A DNA stretch of 64,000 nt, taken from the NCBI GenBank assembly GCA_963749705.1, contig CAVVNQ010000002.1, forward strand, positions 128,001 to 192,000. The letters run 5' to 3'. The stretch is from an uncultured Chloroflexia bacterium. Its GTDB lineage: Bacteria; Chloroflexota; Limnocylindria; Limnocylindrales; CSP1-4. Below are positions 32,086 through 41,571 of this stretch, piece after piece (positions within the stretch are counted from its first letter, which is position 1; every line of letters begins with the position of its first letter). Under the pieces are notes generated by a model. That model ran no database searches and was not told the origin of the DNA. It was given only the letters and a program-made list of their open reading frames with translations. The position numbers were made by a program, and so were the translations under genes.

Positions 32086-32313
32086 ATGACCGATCCGCAG
32101 GACGACCGCGGCCCCGAGCCGGCAAACCACGCCGCCGACCGCGTCGCCGGGCCGCGGCCCCTGGGCGCGATCACCGACCTCGCGGATCTCCTGGGCGGCG
32201 AGAGCCCGCGCTCGCGCAAGTTCCTGGGTGGCCTGGTGATCGGCGGCCTCGTGGGCGCCGCGATCGCCGGCAGCTCGCTGCTCCGCCGCAACCACGACGG
32301 GGATCGCGGCTAG
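32086..32313 (+). CDS. Small single-TM protein
   Basis: FLGGLVIGGLVGAAIAG glycine-zipper segment. Starts 1 nt after the previous stop. Confidence 0.65.
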   Translation: MTDPQDDRGPEPANHAADRVAGPRPLGAITDLADLLGGESPRSRKFLGGLVIGGLVGAAIAGSSLLRRNHDGDRG

Positions 32314-32408
32314 CGCATCGGCATCGTCGGGTGTACGGGCCCGCCACGGACGGCTCGGCCCGCCGGTTGGGGGCAGGCATGACCCCACCGTTCGCTACCA
32401 TTGCGGGG

Positions 32409-35204
32409 ATGGTCACCCCCAGCTCGCCCGACCCGTCGATCCCGTACCTGTCCGGGGCCGAGATCCGGGCGCGGTTCATCGAGTTCTTCGCCGAGCGGGG
32501 GCACACGGTGGTGCCCAGCGCCAGCCTCGTGCCCGGTGGCGACCAGACGCTGCTGTTCACCAACTCCGGCATGGTCCAGTTCAAGGACGCGCTGATCGGG
32601 GTCGAGCAGCGCGAGTACACCCGGGCCGTCGACTACCAGCGGTGCCTGCGCGTGGCCGGCAAGCACAACGACTTCGAGGAGGTCGGCCGGACGCCGCGCC
32701 ATCACACGCTGTTCGAGATGCTCGGCAACTGGAGCTTCGGCGACTACTTCAAGCGCGACGCGATCCACTGGGCGTGGCAGTTCCTGACCCGGGACCTCAA
32801 GATCCCCGCCGACCGGCTGGCGGCCACCGTCTACTCGACCGACGATGTCGCCCACGCCGTCTGGAAGGACGAGATCGGGCTGCCGCCCGAGCGACTCGTC
32901 CGCTGGGGCGACTTCCCCGCGGGTGACGAGAAGAACTGGTGGCGGATGGCCGACATCGGGCCCAGCGGACCCTGCTCGGAGATCCACTTCGACCGCGGCG
33001 CCCACCTGTCCGAGGGGCCGGAATGCGTGCCCGACCACTCCGAGCACTGCCCGCGCTGGCTCGAGATCTGGAACCTCGTGTTCATGGAGTTCGAGCTCCA
33101 CCCGGACCGGTCGCTCACCCCGCTGCCGGCGCCGGGGGTCGACACCGGGCTTGGGCTGGAGCGCATCGCGAGCGTCGTCCAGGGCGTCAGCAGCAACTAC
33201 GACACGGACCTGTTCGCGCCGATCCACGCCCGGATGCGCGAGCTCATCGGCCATGACCCGGAGGGGTTCGAGCAGGAGCGCTTCAGCTACCAGGTCATCG
33301 CCGACCACGTTCGTGCCGTGACGTTCCTGGTCGCCGACGGGGTGCTGCCGTCGAACGAGGGCCGCGGCTACGTGCTGCGCCGGATCCTGCGCCGCGCGGT
33401 CCGCCACGGCCGCCTGCTGGGCCGCACCGAGCCGTTCCTGGGCGAGGCCGCCAAGGTCGTCATCGACACGATGTCCGAGGCCTACCCGCACCTCGAGGAG
33501 CGCCGGGCCGAGATCCTGGGCGCCATCGAGCGCGAGGAGCGCCAGTTCGGGCGGACCCTCGAGGCCGGCATGGGCCAGCTCGAGGAGGCGCTGATCCCGC
33601 TGACGTCGGCCGAGCGCGTCGTCGGCCAGCTCGCGGAGGCGCTGCCGGCCGATGCCCCGGTGCTCCCGGGCGCGATCGCGTTCCGGCTCCACGACACGTT
33701 CGGGTTCCCGATCGACCTGACCGTCGAGCTGGCGGCGGAGTATGGCGTGCGGACCGACCTGGCCGGGTTCGAGGACGCGCTTGCCGAGCAGCGCGAGCGG
33801 AGCCGCAGCGGGACGAAGGCCGAGCTCGCCCGGACCGCGGAGCTGGGCTCGCGTTACGCGGCGATCCTCGGTCGCACCGGCCCCACCGAGTTCCTGGGCT
33901 ACGAGACGCTGGCCGCGGAGGGCCGCGTGCTCGCCATCCTGCGCGACGCGACCGAGTACGAGACGCTCGAGGCGCGGCCCGAGGTCGAGCTCCGTGCGGG
34001 CGCCTCCGCGCACGCCGAGCTGATCCTGGACCGCACCCCGTTCTACGCGGAGAGCGGCGGCCAGGTTGCGGACATGGGCGTCATCACGGCCGCCGACGGC
34101 AGCGTCCTGTTCACGGTCGAGGACGTCCAGCGGGTGGCGGGCTCGCAGACGGCCGGGCTGACCGTCCATCGCGGGCTGCTCCACGGTTCGGTCAGGGTGG
34201 GCGAGACCGTGCACGCGGAGGTGGACGCGGACCGCCGTGCCGACACGATGCGCAACCACACCGCCACGCACGTCCTCCACCGGGCGCTGCGCAACACGGT
34301 GGGCGAGCAGGCGCGCCAGGCGGGCTCGCTGGTCCACCCCGACTACCTCCGCTTCGACTTCCCGTTCGACCGGGCGTTGACCGATGACGAGCTGCACACG
34401 ATCGAGGGCGAGGTCCGGCGCGTCGTGCGCGACGACCGCCCGGTGTCGATCGAGTGGATGACGATGGCCGAGGCGAATGCCGCGGGCGCCGATGCGTTCT
34501 TCGACGAGAAGTACGGCGAGCGTGTCCGCACGATCCGGGTCGAGGGGTTCAGTCACGAGCTGTGCGGCGGCACGCACTGTCGGGCGAGCGGCCAGATCGG
34601 CAGCTTCGTGATCACCGGCGAGCGGAGCATCGGGTCCGGGATGCGCCGGATCGAGGCCGTCACGGGCATCGCCGCGGACCGCCTGGTGGACGAGCGGCTG
34701 TCCGTCCTCGAGCGCGCGGTGGAGGCAGCCGGCGCCCGCACCCCGGAGGCGCTGACGGAGCGCATCGAGGCGCTCAAGGATGAGCTCCGGGACGCGAAGC
34801 GGCGGCTCAAGGCGGGCGGCGCGGCCGGTGGACCCCCCAAGCCCGCGGAGCTGGTCGCGCGGGCCGAGGAGGTCGCCCCCGGGGTGCGATTCGTCGGCTG
34901 GACGGGCGACCTCGAATCGATCGATGCGCTCAAGGGCTACGCCAGGGACATCCGTGGTGCCTTCCCCAGCGGCGTGATCGCGCTCGGCCTCGACGCCGAC
35001 GAGCCGCAGCTGTTCGTGACCGTGAGCGAGGACCTCGTGACGCGCGGGGTCGCGGCCGGTGCGCTCGTCCAGGCCGCGACGCCCGCGATCGACGGCCGAG
35101 GCGGGGGACGCCCCCAGATGGCACAGGGAAAGGGCACGAGACGCGAGGGCATCGCGGACGCGATCACGGCCGTCCACGACGTCCTGGCGCGCGCGAGCGC
35201 CTAG
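32409..35204 (+). CDS. alaS: Alanyl-tRNA synthetase
   Basis: FTNSGMVQFK, HHTLFEMLGNWSFGDYFK, DTGLGLER, GRGYVLRR, HTATH, ELCGGTH, GGG..MAQG. Confidence 0.99.
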   Translation: MVTPSSPDPSIPYLSGAEIRARFIEFFAERGHTVVPSASLVPGGDQTLLFTNSGMVQFKDALIGVEQREYTRAVDYQRCLRVAGKHNDFEEVGRTPRHHTLFEMLGNWSFGDYFKRDAIHWAWQFLTRDLKIPADRLAATVYSTDDVAHAVWKDEIGLPPERLVRWGDFPAGDEKNWWRMADIGPSGPCSEIHFDRGAHLSEGPECVPDHSEHCPRWLEIWNLVFMEFELHPDRSLTPLPAPGVDTGLGLERIASVVQGVSSNYDTDLFAPIHARMRELIGHDPEGFEQERFSYQVIADHVRAVTFLVADGVLPSNEGRGYVLRRILRRAVRHGRLLGRTEPFLGEAAKVVIDTMSEAYPHLEERRAEILGAIEREERQFGRTLEAGMGQLEEALIPLTSAERVVGQLAEALPADAPVLPGAIAFRLHDTFGFPIDLTVELAAEYGVRTDLAGFEDALAEQRERSRSGTKAELARTAELGSRYAAILGRTGPTEFLGYETLAAEGRVLAILRDATEYETLEARPEVELRAGASAHAELILDRTPFYAESGGQVADMGVITAADGSVLFTVEDVQRVAGSQTAGLTVHRGLLHGSVRVGETVHAEVDADRRADTMRNHTATHVLHRALRNTVGEQARQAGSLVHPDYLRFDFPFDRALTDDELHTIEGEVRRVVRDDRPVSIEWMTMAEANAAGADAFFDEKYGERVRTIRVEGFSHELCGGTHCRASGQIGSFVITGERSIGSGMRRIEAVTGIAADRLVDERLSVLERAVEAAGARTPEALTERIEALKDELRDAKRRLKAGGAAGGPPKPAELVARAEEVAPGVRFVGWTGDLESIDALKGYARDIRGAFPSGVIALGLDADEPQLFVTVSEDLVTRGVAAGALVQAATPAIDGRGGGRPQMAQGKGTRREGIADAITAVHDVLARASA

Positions 35205-36467
35205 ATGGCCTTCCTGCGGCGCTTCTGGAACCGCGACGAGCTGCCGGCGCTCGCCGCGTGCACGGCGCTCGACGTCGGGACCGAGTTTGCCAAGGCGCTC
35301 GTGTTCGAGATCGACGACGCCGGCCACGGCACCGTCCGGGGTGTGGCACGCAAGCGCCAGGGCCTGTCGCACATGCAGTCGGGGACCGTCGCCGACATCG
35401 CGGCCGTCGTCGACAACTGCTCGGTCGCGCTCCAGGAAGCCGAGGAGATGGCGGGCTTCCGGCCCACCCAGGTCGTCATCGGCATCGCGGGCGAGCTGGT
35501 CAAGGGCTTCACCACCACGCTCACCCAGGAGCGGCGCAAGCCCGAGCAGCCGATCTCGGACGGCGAGCTGGTCAAGCTGATCGACAGCGTCCAGCGCCAG
35601 GCGCTCCACGAGGCGGAGCGCTCGATCACCTGGGAGACCGGCCTGCCCCACGTCGATGTTCGCCTCGTCCACAGCGCGATCGTGGGCGCCTCGATCGACG
35701 GGTACGGGCTGACCAACCCGGTCGGGTTCCAGGGCCGTCACGTCAAGATCGGGATCTTCAACGCGTTCGCCCCGCTGGTCCACCTGGGCGCGCTCCAGTC
35801 CGTCGCCAGCCAGCTCGACCTGGAGCTGCTGGAGGTGGTCGCGGAGCCGTACGCCGTGGCCCGGGTGCTTGGCGCGGAGCAGGTCCGGCAGGCGGGTGCG
35901 CTGTTCATCGACGTCGGCGGCGGGACGACCGACGTCGCGCTCGTGCGCCAGGGCGGGATCGAGGGCACGCGGATGTTCGCGCTGGGTGGCCGGGCGTTCA
36001 CCAAGTCGATCGCGGACCGGCTCGACCTCCCGTTCCCGCGCGCCGAGGCGCTCAAGGTGGACTACGCCCGCGGGCTCGACGTGGCGAACCGCGAGGCCGT
36101 GGCCGAGGTCGTGGGCGACGACGTCGCGGTCTGGGCGGCCGGCGTCGAGCTGGTGATGGAGGAGCTCGCGGCGGGCGAGATGCTGCCATCGCGGATCCAC
36201 GTCTGCGGCGGCGGATCGAGGCTGCCGGAGATCCGCGACGCCATCGCCGCGGAGCGGTTCTGGAAACGGCTGCCGTTCGCGCGGCCGCCCGAGGTCTCGA
36301 TCATGTCCCCGGACCAGGTCGAGTCGATCACCGACGCGACGGAGCTGCTCGTCGACCAGCAGGACGTCACCCCGATGGGCCTCGCCTACCAGGCGATCGA
36401 GCTCCACACCTCCGAGGACCCGCTCGATGCCGCGCTGCGGCGCGTGCTCCGGGCGATGAAGGTCTGA
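35205..36467 (+). CDS. FtsA/PilM-like actin-fold ATPase, not in a dcw cluster
   Basis: Phosphate-1 LDVGTEFAK, 'EPYA', phosphate-2 IDVGGGTTD, 'AEALK', adenosine motif VCGGGSRL, and an FtsA-type 1C insert. Confidence 0.85.
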   Translation: MAFLRRFWNRDELPALAACTALDVGTEFAKALVFEIDDAGHGTVRGVARKRQGLSHMQSGTVADIAAVVDNCSVALQEAEEMAGFRPTQVVIGIAGELVKGFTTTLTQERRKPEQPISDGELVKLIDSVQRQALHEAERSITWETGLPHVDVRLVHSAIVGASIDGYGLTNPVGFQGRHVKIGIFNAFAPLVHLGALQSVASQLDLELLEVVAEPYAVARVLGAEQVRQAGALFIDVGGGTTDVALVRQGGIEGTRMFALGGRAFTKSIADRLDLPFPRAEALKVDYARGLDVANREAVAEVVGDDVAVWAAGVELVMEELAAGEMLPSRIHVCGGGSRLPEIRDAIAAERFWKRLPFARPPEVSIMSPDQVESITDATELLVDQQDVTPMGLAYQAIELHTSEDPLDAALRRVLRAMKV

Positions 36468-36488
36468 GGGGGGTAGGCTCCGGCTCGC

Positions 36489-38256
36489 ATGGCGACCATC
36501 ATCTACCTCGACGTCGAGGACGAGATCACGTCCGCGGCGACGCGCATCCGGAACGCCCCCGAATCCCGCGTCGGGCTCGTGCTGCCGATGGGATCCCGGC
36601 TGGCCACCTCGAGGATCAACTTCCGGCTGCTCGCCCGGGAGGCGATGGTCAACGGACGGCGCCTCGATCTCATCGCCCCCGACGCGTCGGCTCGAGCCCT
36701 CGCGGCGTCGGCCGGGCTTCCCGTGTTCGCGTCGGTGGCGGAGTACGAGGATGCGCTCGAGGGTCCGACGCCCGACGCGGCGACGACCGCGACCGCGGTT
36801 TCGGCTGCCGGGGCAGTACCCGGAGCCGACACCTGCCGGCAACGCACCCGGGGGGCCGCGGCGCGAACGCCGACACCAAGCCCGTCCCGGTGCCGGTGCC
36901 GCCGCCGGAGGCTCGCGACACGCCGTCCATGCGGGAGGAGCCCGGGAGCGGCCGTCGCGGCGGACCCAGGGTGATCCACGCCCGCCGGTTGCCGCGGATC
37001 CGGCCGGCCGCGCTCGCCGGGTTCGGCGTGCTTGCGGTCGCGCTCCTGGTCGCCGGCGTGGCGGCGTACGTGTTCCTGCCATCGGCCGACATCACGGTGA
37101 CCCCCCGGATCGAGCCCATCGGGCCCATCTCGCTCACGGTTCGCGCCGATCCGTCCGCGACGGACGTGGACGCCGAGAACGGCGTCATCCCGGCCGTCAC
37201 CCTTGACGTGCCGGTCGAGTCGTCGGGCGACTTTCCGGCCACCGGCAAGCGCGTCGAGGAGGCGAAGGCGACCGGCGGGGTTCGCTGGACCAACTGCGAT
37301 CCCATCGGTCATACACGATCCCCAAGGGCACGATCGTGAAGACCGCGATCGGGATCGGCTTCACGACCGACGAGGCGGTGTTCCTGCCCGTCGGCACCAC
37401 TGTCGGGCAAGCCACTCAACCTGACGGTGACACTGCCAGACGAGCGAGGTCGGCGTCACCGCCTCCAAGGCGGGCACCGACGGCAACGTGGCGGCCGGCG
37501 CGATCAAGGTCATGCCGGCGAAGTACAACACGCACCGTGATCAGCGTCACCAACCCCAATGCCACGAGCGGCGGCACGCACCAGGAGTTCCTGCGGGTCT
37601 CGCAGGCGGACGTCGACGCGGCCGTGGAGCAGGTGCGCAAGGACATCGACGCACAGTTCGCGACCGCCCTCGCTGACGGCGCGGGCGCGCCCGAGGGAAC
37701 GACCGTGTTCCCGGACACGGCGACGCTGGGCGATCCCGTCCCGGCGGTCGATCCGGCGACCCTCGTCGGCAAGGAGATCGACTCGTTCACGATCGCGATG
37801 ACCGCCACGGGGCACGTCCTCGCCGTCGATTCGTCGCCGGTCGAGGCGATCGCCGAGGCCAGGCTCGCGTCGTCCATCTCCAGTGGCTACCAGCTCGTCG
37901 ACGGTTCGACCCAGGTCACGGTCGGTGATGGCACCGTGGTCGGTGGGGTCGTGCAGTTCCCGGTGGAGGGCTCCGCGAAGCAGGTCCGGCCCATCGACGC
38001 GGCCGCGCTCAAGCAGCAGGTGCTGGGCCTGGGCAGGGCCGAGGCGATGGACCGGCTGCGGCCGTACGGCGCTGTCGAGATCACGCTCTGGCCCGACTGG
38101 GTGTCCGCGGTGCCGTCGATCGACCAGCGCGTGACGCTGACGGTGGAGACAGCCGTGGACGACACCCCCGCGCCGACGACGTCGCCATCGTCGCCATCGT
38201 CCGCTCCCGAGCCCTCGGACGCGGCGGCATCGGGCGAGCCGGTACCATCCGGGTGA
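36489..38256 (+). pseudogene. Baseplate-J/gp47-like single-pass membrane protein, broken by several frameshifts (sequence error or pseudogene)
   Basis: Coding-like segments continue across three frames: IIYLD.EDEITS N-domain; TM at about 37006-37080; KATG.V, IPKGT, V.A..AG..GNV..GAI, VTNP.ATSGG; C-terminal WPDWV..VP. Confidence 0.7.
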
Positions 38257-38323
38257 TGTTCGCCATCACGCGTGCCGGTCGCCGCGCGCCCGCCGTCCCG
38301 TCCGCCGTCATCGTGCCGGCGCG

Positions 38324-38800
38324 GTGAGCCGGATCCTGGGCGTCGACCTCGGGGAGCGACGAATCGGGCTGGCGATCGCCGACATCGGCATCGACATCGC
38401 CCGCCCCCTCGTCACGGTCAATCGCGCCCGATCGATGGACGGTGACGCGCTCGCCATCGGCTCGGTCTGCCGAGAGCAGGACGTGACCGAGCTGGTGGTG
38501 GGCCTGCCCGTCGAGGTCAGCGGCCTCGAGGGCGCGATGGCCGACGGCGCCCGTGGCTGGGCGGCAGATCTCGGGTCCCGGCTGGGTCTCCCGGTCACGA
38601 TGCGCGACGAGCGGCTGTCGTCGTTCGAGGCCGAGCGACGGCTGGGCCGGATGCCCCGCGGCCGGTCCGGCGGTCCGCCGTCGCGGACCCAGCGCAACGC
38701 GTATCGGGCGCGGATCGATCGCGAGGCTGCGGCCGTCATCCTCCAGGACGAGCTGGACGCACGGCGAACCGCGTCCGCGGCCCGACCGGAGGAACGATGA
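38324..38800 (+). CDS. ruvX: RuvX/YqgF resolvase-like nuclease
   Basis: ILGVDLGERRIGLA, VVGLP, DERLSS.EA, ID..AAAVILQ. Confidence 0.95.
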   Translation: MSRILGVDLGERRIGLAIADIGIDIARPLVTVNRARSMDGDALAIGSVCREQDVTELVVGLPVEVSGLEGAMADGARGWAADLGSRLGLPVTMRDERLSSFEAERRLGRMPRGRSGGPPSRTQRNAYRARIDREAAAVILQDELDARRTASAARPEER

Positions 38801-40170
38801 CCATCAGGGGCGGCCGGCCACCGCGCGACCCGATGGCAACCCCCGCATCCGAGCGGCGCGCCAACCCGTACGTGCGCACCGGTCGCTACGGACGAGGTCC
38901 GGGCGATCAACGGCGCTACGAGCGGTACGGCGATGACGGAGGTGGCCTGGCCGCGTTCGTGCGGTTCGGGGTGTTCCTGGTCATCCTGGCGGCGCTCGTC
39001 CTGATCACGATGGCCACGGTCGCTCGGCCGCTCGTCCGGGCGCTGGTCGTGCCCTGGGCCGAGGACAACCCCGGCGCGCTCCGGATCGGGTTCGTCTCGG
39101 ACCTGGTGCGCGAGGACATCGGCGCGGCCCTGACGGCGCGGGCCGGCACGGATTCGACCGAGATCGTGTTCAAGGTGGAGCCAGGGGACACGGCGGCAAC
39201 GCTTGCGCCGCGGCTGCTCGATGCGGGGATCATCGCCAGCGAGCGCGCCTTCCTGTTCGAGGCGAGGATGGACGACCTGACGCCGCAGCTGACCACCGGG
39301 AGCTTCGCCCTGGCCGGCAATCTCACGCCCGCCCAGGTGGTCCAGGGCCTGATCCAGAACCGGATCGTGGTCAGGACGCAGAACGTCACGTTCCGCGAAG
39401 GGCTCCGGCTGGAACAGATGACCGCCAAGCTCGAGACGCTCACCGGCACGGCGGTCGATCCCGCGGCGTTCTACGAGCTGGTCAAGAACCCACCCGACGA
39501 GCTGCTCGCGGACTATCCGTGGCTGCTCGACGAGAACGTCCGTCCCAAGGGCGCCTCGCTCGAGGGCTTCCTGTATCCCGCGACCTACACCCTGCGCACC
39601 GACGAGATCGCGCCGACGACCACCGAGGACCTGGTGCGGATGATGCTCGACGCGTTCCACGATCGGGTGGGCGACCTGCTGGACGTCCCCAAAGCGCGCG
39701 GCCTGACCTTCTACCAGGTCCTGGTGCTGGCCTCGATCGTCGAGCGCGAGGCCGTGCTGGACGAGGAGCGGCCGCTGATCGCCGGGGTGTACCAGAACCG
39801 GCTGAGCTCGAAGAGCTGGCCGACGCGCCTGCTCCAGTCGGACCCCACGATCTTCTACATCAACGACACCCTCCAGCTGGACAAGCTCGACCTGACCGCG
39901 TGGAAGGAATACGTGTTCTGGAACACGCTCAAGGAGCAGCTGCCCAAGACCCTGCCCGACGATCTCGCCGGCTACAACACCTACACCAGCAAGGGTCTGC
40001 CGCCCGGACCGCTGTGCTCGCCGGCGATCGCATCGATCACGGCCGCATTGAACCCCAACACGAAGACCGGCTATCTGTTCTTCATCGCCAAGGGTGACGG
40101 CACGGGCTCGAGCGCCTTCGCCAAGACGAAGGCGGAGCACGACGCGAACGTCAAGAAGTACGGCAAGTGA
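38797..40170 (+). CDS. mltG: Endolytic transglycosylase MltG
   Basis: N-terminal TM, LEGFLYPATY, LASIVERE, LQSDPT, YNTY...GLPPGP, YLFF. Confidence 0.95.
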   Translation: MTIRGGRPPRDPMATPASERRANPYVRTGRYGRGPGDQRRYERYGDDGGGLAAFVRFGVFLVILAALVLITMATVARPLVRALVVPWAEDNPGALRIGFVSDLVREDIGAALTARAGTDSTEIVFKVEPGDTAATLAPRLLDAGIIASERAFLFEARMDDLTPQLTTGSFALAGNLTPAQVVQGLIQNRIVVRTQNVTFREGLRLEQMTAKLETLTGTAVDPAAFYELVKNPPDELLADYPWLLDENVRPKGASLEGFLYPATYTLRTDEIAPTTTEDLVRMMLDAFHDRVGDLLDVPKARGLTFYQVLVLASIVEREAVLDEERPLIAGVYQNRLSSKSWPTRLLQSDPTIFYINDTLQLDKLDLTAWKEYVFWNTLKEQLPKTLPDDLAGYNTYTSKGLPPGPLCSPAIASITAALNPNTKTGYLFFIAKGDGTGSSAFAKTKAEHDANVKKYGK

Positions 40171-41426
40171 CCGCACGAACCACCGCTGACCCCGGCAGCG
40201 GCGCGATGCCGGTCGCGGCGGACTTTCCCGCCCCGCCCGACGTGCGGACCCGCCGCCGCTGGGCGGATGCGGACCGCGGGCACCGTCCGCACCGGCTGGC
40301 CGAGCTCCGCGCCCGGATGGCCGAGGCCGGCGTCGACGCCTACTTCGGGCTGCGGCCCGAGCACATGCGCTGGCTGACGGGCTTCACCCTGGGCAACGGC
40401 GAGGACAAGGTCGCGGGGCATTCGGGGCAGTTCCTGGTCGGCGGCGACGAGGTCGTCGTGATGACCGACTCGCGGTACACGGTCCAGTGCGGGCGCGAGG
40501 CGCCCGAGAGCACCACCATCGAGATCGGCTATGACCTGCCGGCTGCCTGGCCGGGGCTGCTGGAGCGGATCGGCGCGCGGCGGATCGCGGTGGAGGCGGG
40601 CGCCATCTCGCACGCGTTGTGGGGGCAGCTCGAGGCCGCGGCGCCCGGCGTCGAGCTGGTCCCGGAGCCCGGCTGGGTCGAGGCGATGCGGGCCGTCAAG
40701 ACCCCCGACGAGGTCGAGCGGATCGCCGCCGCGTGCGCGGTCGCCGACCGTGCGCTCGCAACGCTGCTGCCGGAGATCCGCCCGGGCACCACCGAGCAGG
40801 CGCTTGCACTCCGCCTCGAGTGGCTGATCCGCACGGGCGGCGCCGAGGCGCTCGCGTTCGACGTGGCGTGCCTCGCCGGGCCGGAGGCCGCGCTGCCACA
40901 CGGCGCACCCGGCGATCGCCCCGTGCTCGAGAACGCCGTCCTGCTGTTCGACTTCGGGGCGCAGGTGGACGGATACCGGAGCGACATGACGCGAACGCTG
41001 TTCGTCGGCCAGCCGTCGGCCCGGGATCTGGAGCTGTACGACCTCGTGGCGCGCGCCCAGCAGGCGTCGATCGATGCCATCGCGGCGTCCGTCGCCGCCG
41101 CCGTCCGCGACGGCACCCCGGTCATCACCGGTCGCGCGGCCGACGCCGCCGCGCGGACCGTCATCCAGGCGGCCGGCCACGGCGAGCACTTCGGCCACGG
41201 CACCGGGCACGGGATCGGGCTGGCGACCCACGAGGAGCCCGGGCTGCGGGAGAGCGGCGCCGCGGTGCCGCTGCCGAGCCCGACCGTGTTCTCGGTCGAG
41301 CCCGGCGTGTACCTGCCCGGCGAGACCGGGATCCGGATCGAGGACCTCATCCACCTCGACGCCGGGCGGGGCCTGGTGGAGCGGCTGACGGCATTCCCGC
41401 GCGACGTCCTGGTGCTGCCCGCCTGA
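40167..41426 (+). CDS. pepP: Xaa-Pro aminopeptidase (M24)
   Basis: TDSRY, R.VKT.DE, PHG, DFG...YRSDMTRT, HGTGHGIGL..HE, SVEPG, RIED. Confidence 0.92.
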   Translation: MTARTTADPGSGAMPVAADFPAPPDVRTRRRWADADRGHRPHRLAELRARMAEAGVDAYFGLRPEHMRWLTGFTLGNGEDKVAGHSGQFLVGGDEVVVMTDSRYTVQCGREAPESTTIEIGYDLPAAWPGLLERIGARRIAVEAGAISHALWGQLEAAAPGVELVPEPGWVEAMRAVKTPDEVERIAAACAVADRALATLLPEIRPGTTEQALALRLEWLIRTGGAEALAFDVACLAGPEAALPHGAPGDRPVLENAVLLFDFGAQVDGYRSDMTRTLFVGQPSARDLELYDLVARAQQASIDAIAASVAAAVRDGTPVITGRAADAAARTVIQAAGHGEHFGHGTGHGIGLATHEEPGLRESGAAVPLPSPTVFSVEPGVYLPGETGIRIEDLIHLDAGRGLVERLTAFPRDVLVLPA

Positions 41427-41571
41427 GCTCGCCGCGCGGCGCTCGCGCTGGACGGTGGTCCCGGGACGCCGGGGCGGCTCTGGTACGATCGGGAGCACTG
41501 TCACCGCGTCTGAGATCCGGTGTTCGCCTGCCTCGCGGACCCGTGACGCCCATCCGGGAGCACCAGCCCAC

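Noticed and set aside
32310-37082. Very long antisense or alternate-frame ORFs (1590 aa here; also 5891-8407, 14723-17263, 20352-23036, 44011-46728, 50571-53711)
   Set aside because: They are shadows of high-GC3 genes on the opposite strand or frame, with R/G/P-rich translations and no recognisable motifs.
36489-38256. Prophage or contractile injection system suggested by the baseplate-J motifs
   Set aside because: There are no sheath, tube, spike, terminase or integrase genes. The protein has a TM anchor and sits among core genes.
41500-41545. TPP riboswitch suggested by CTGAGA in the efp leader (and GAACCT in the dxs leader)
   Set aside because: Each leader has only one of the conserved elements. 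The rest of the consensus is missing.
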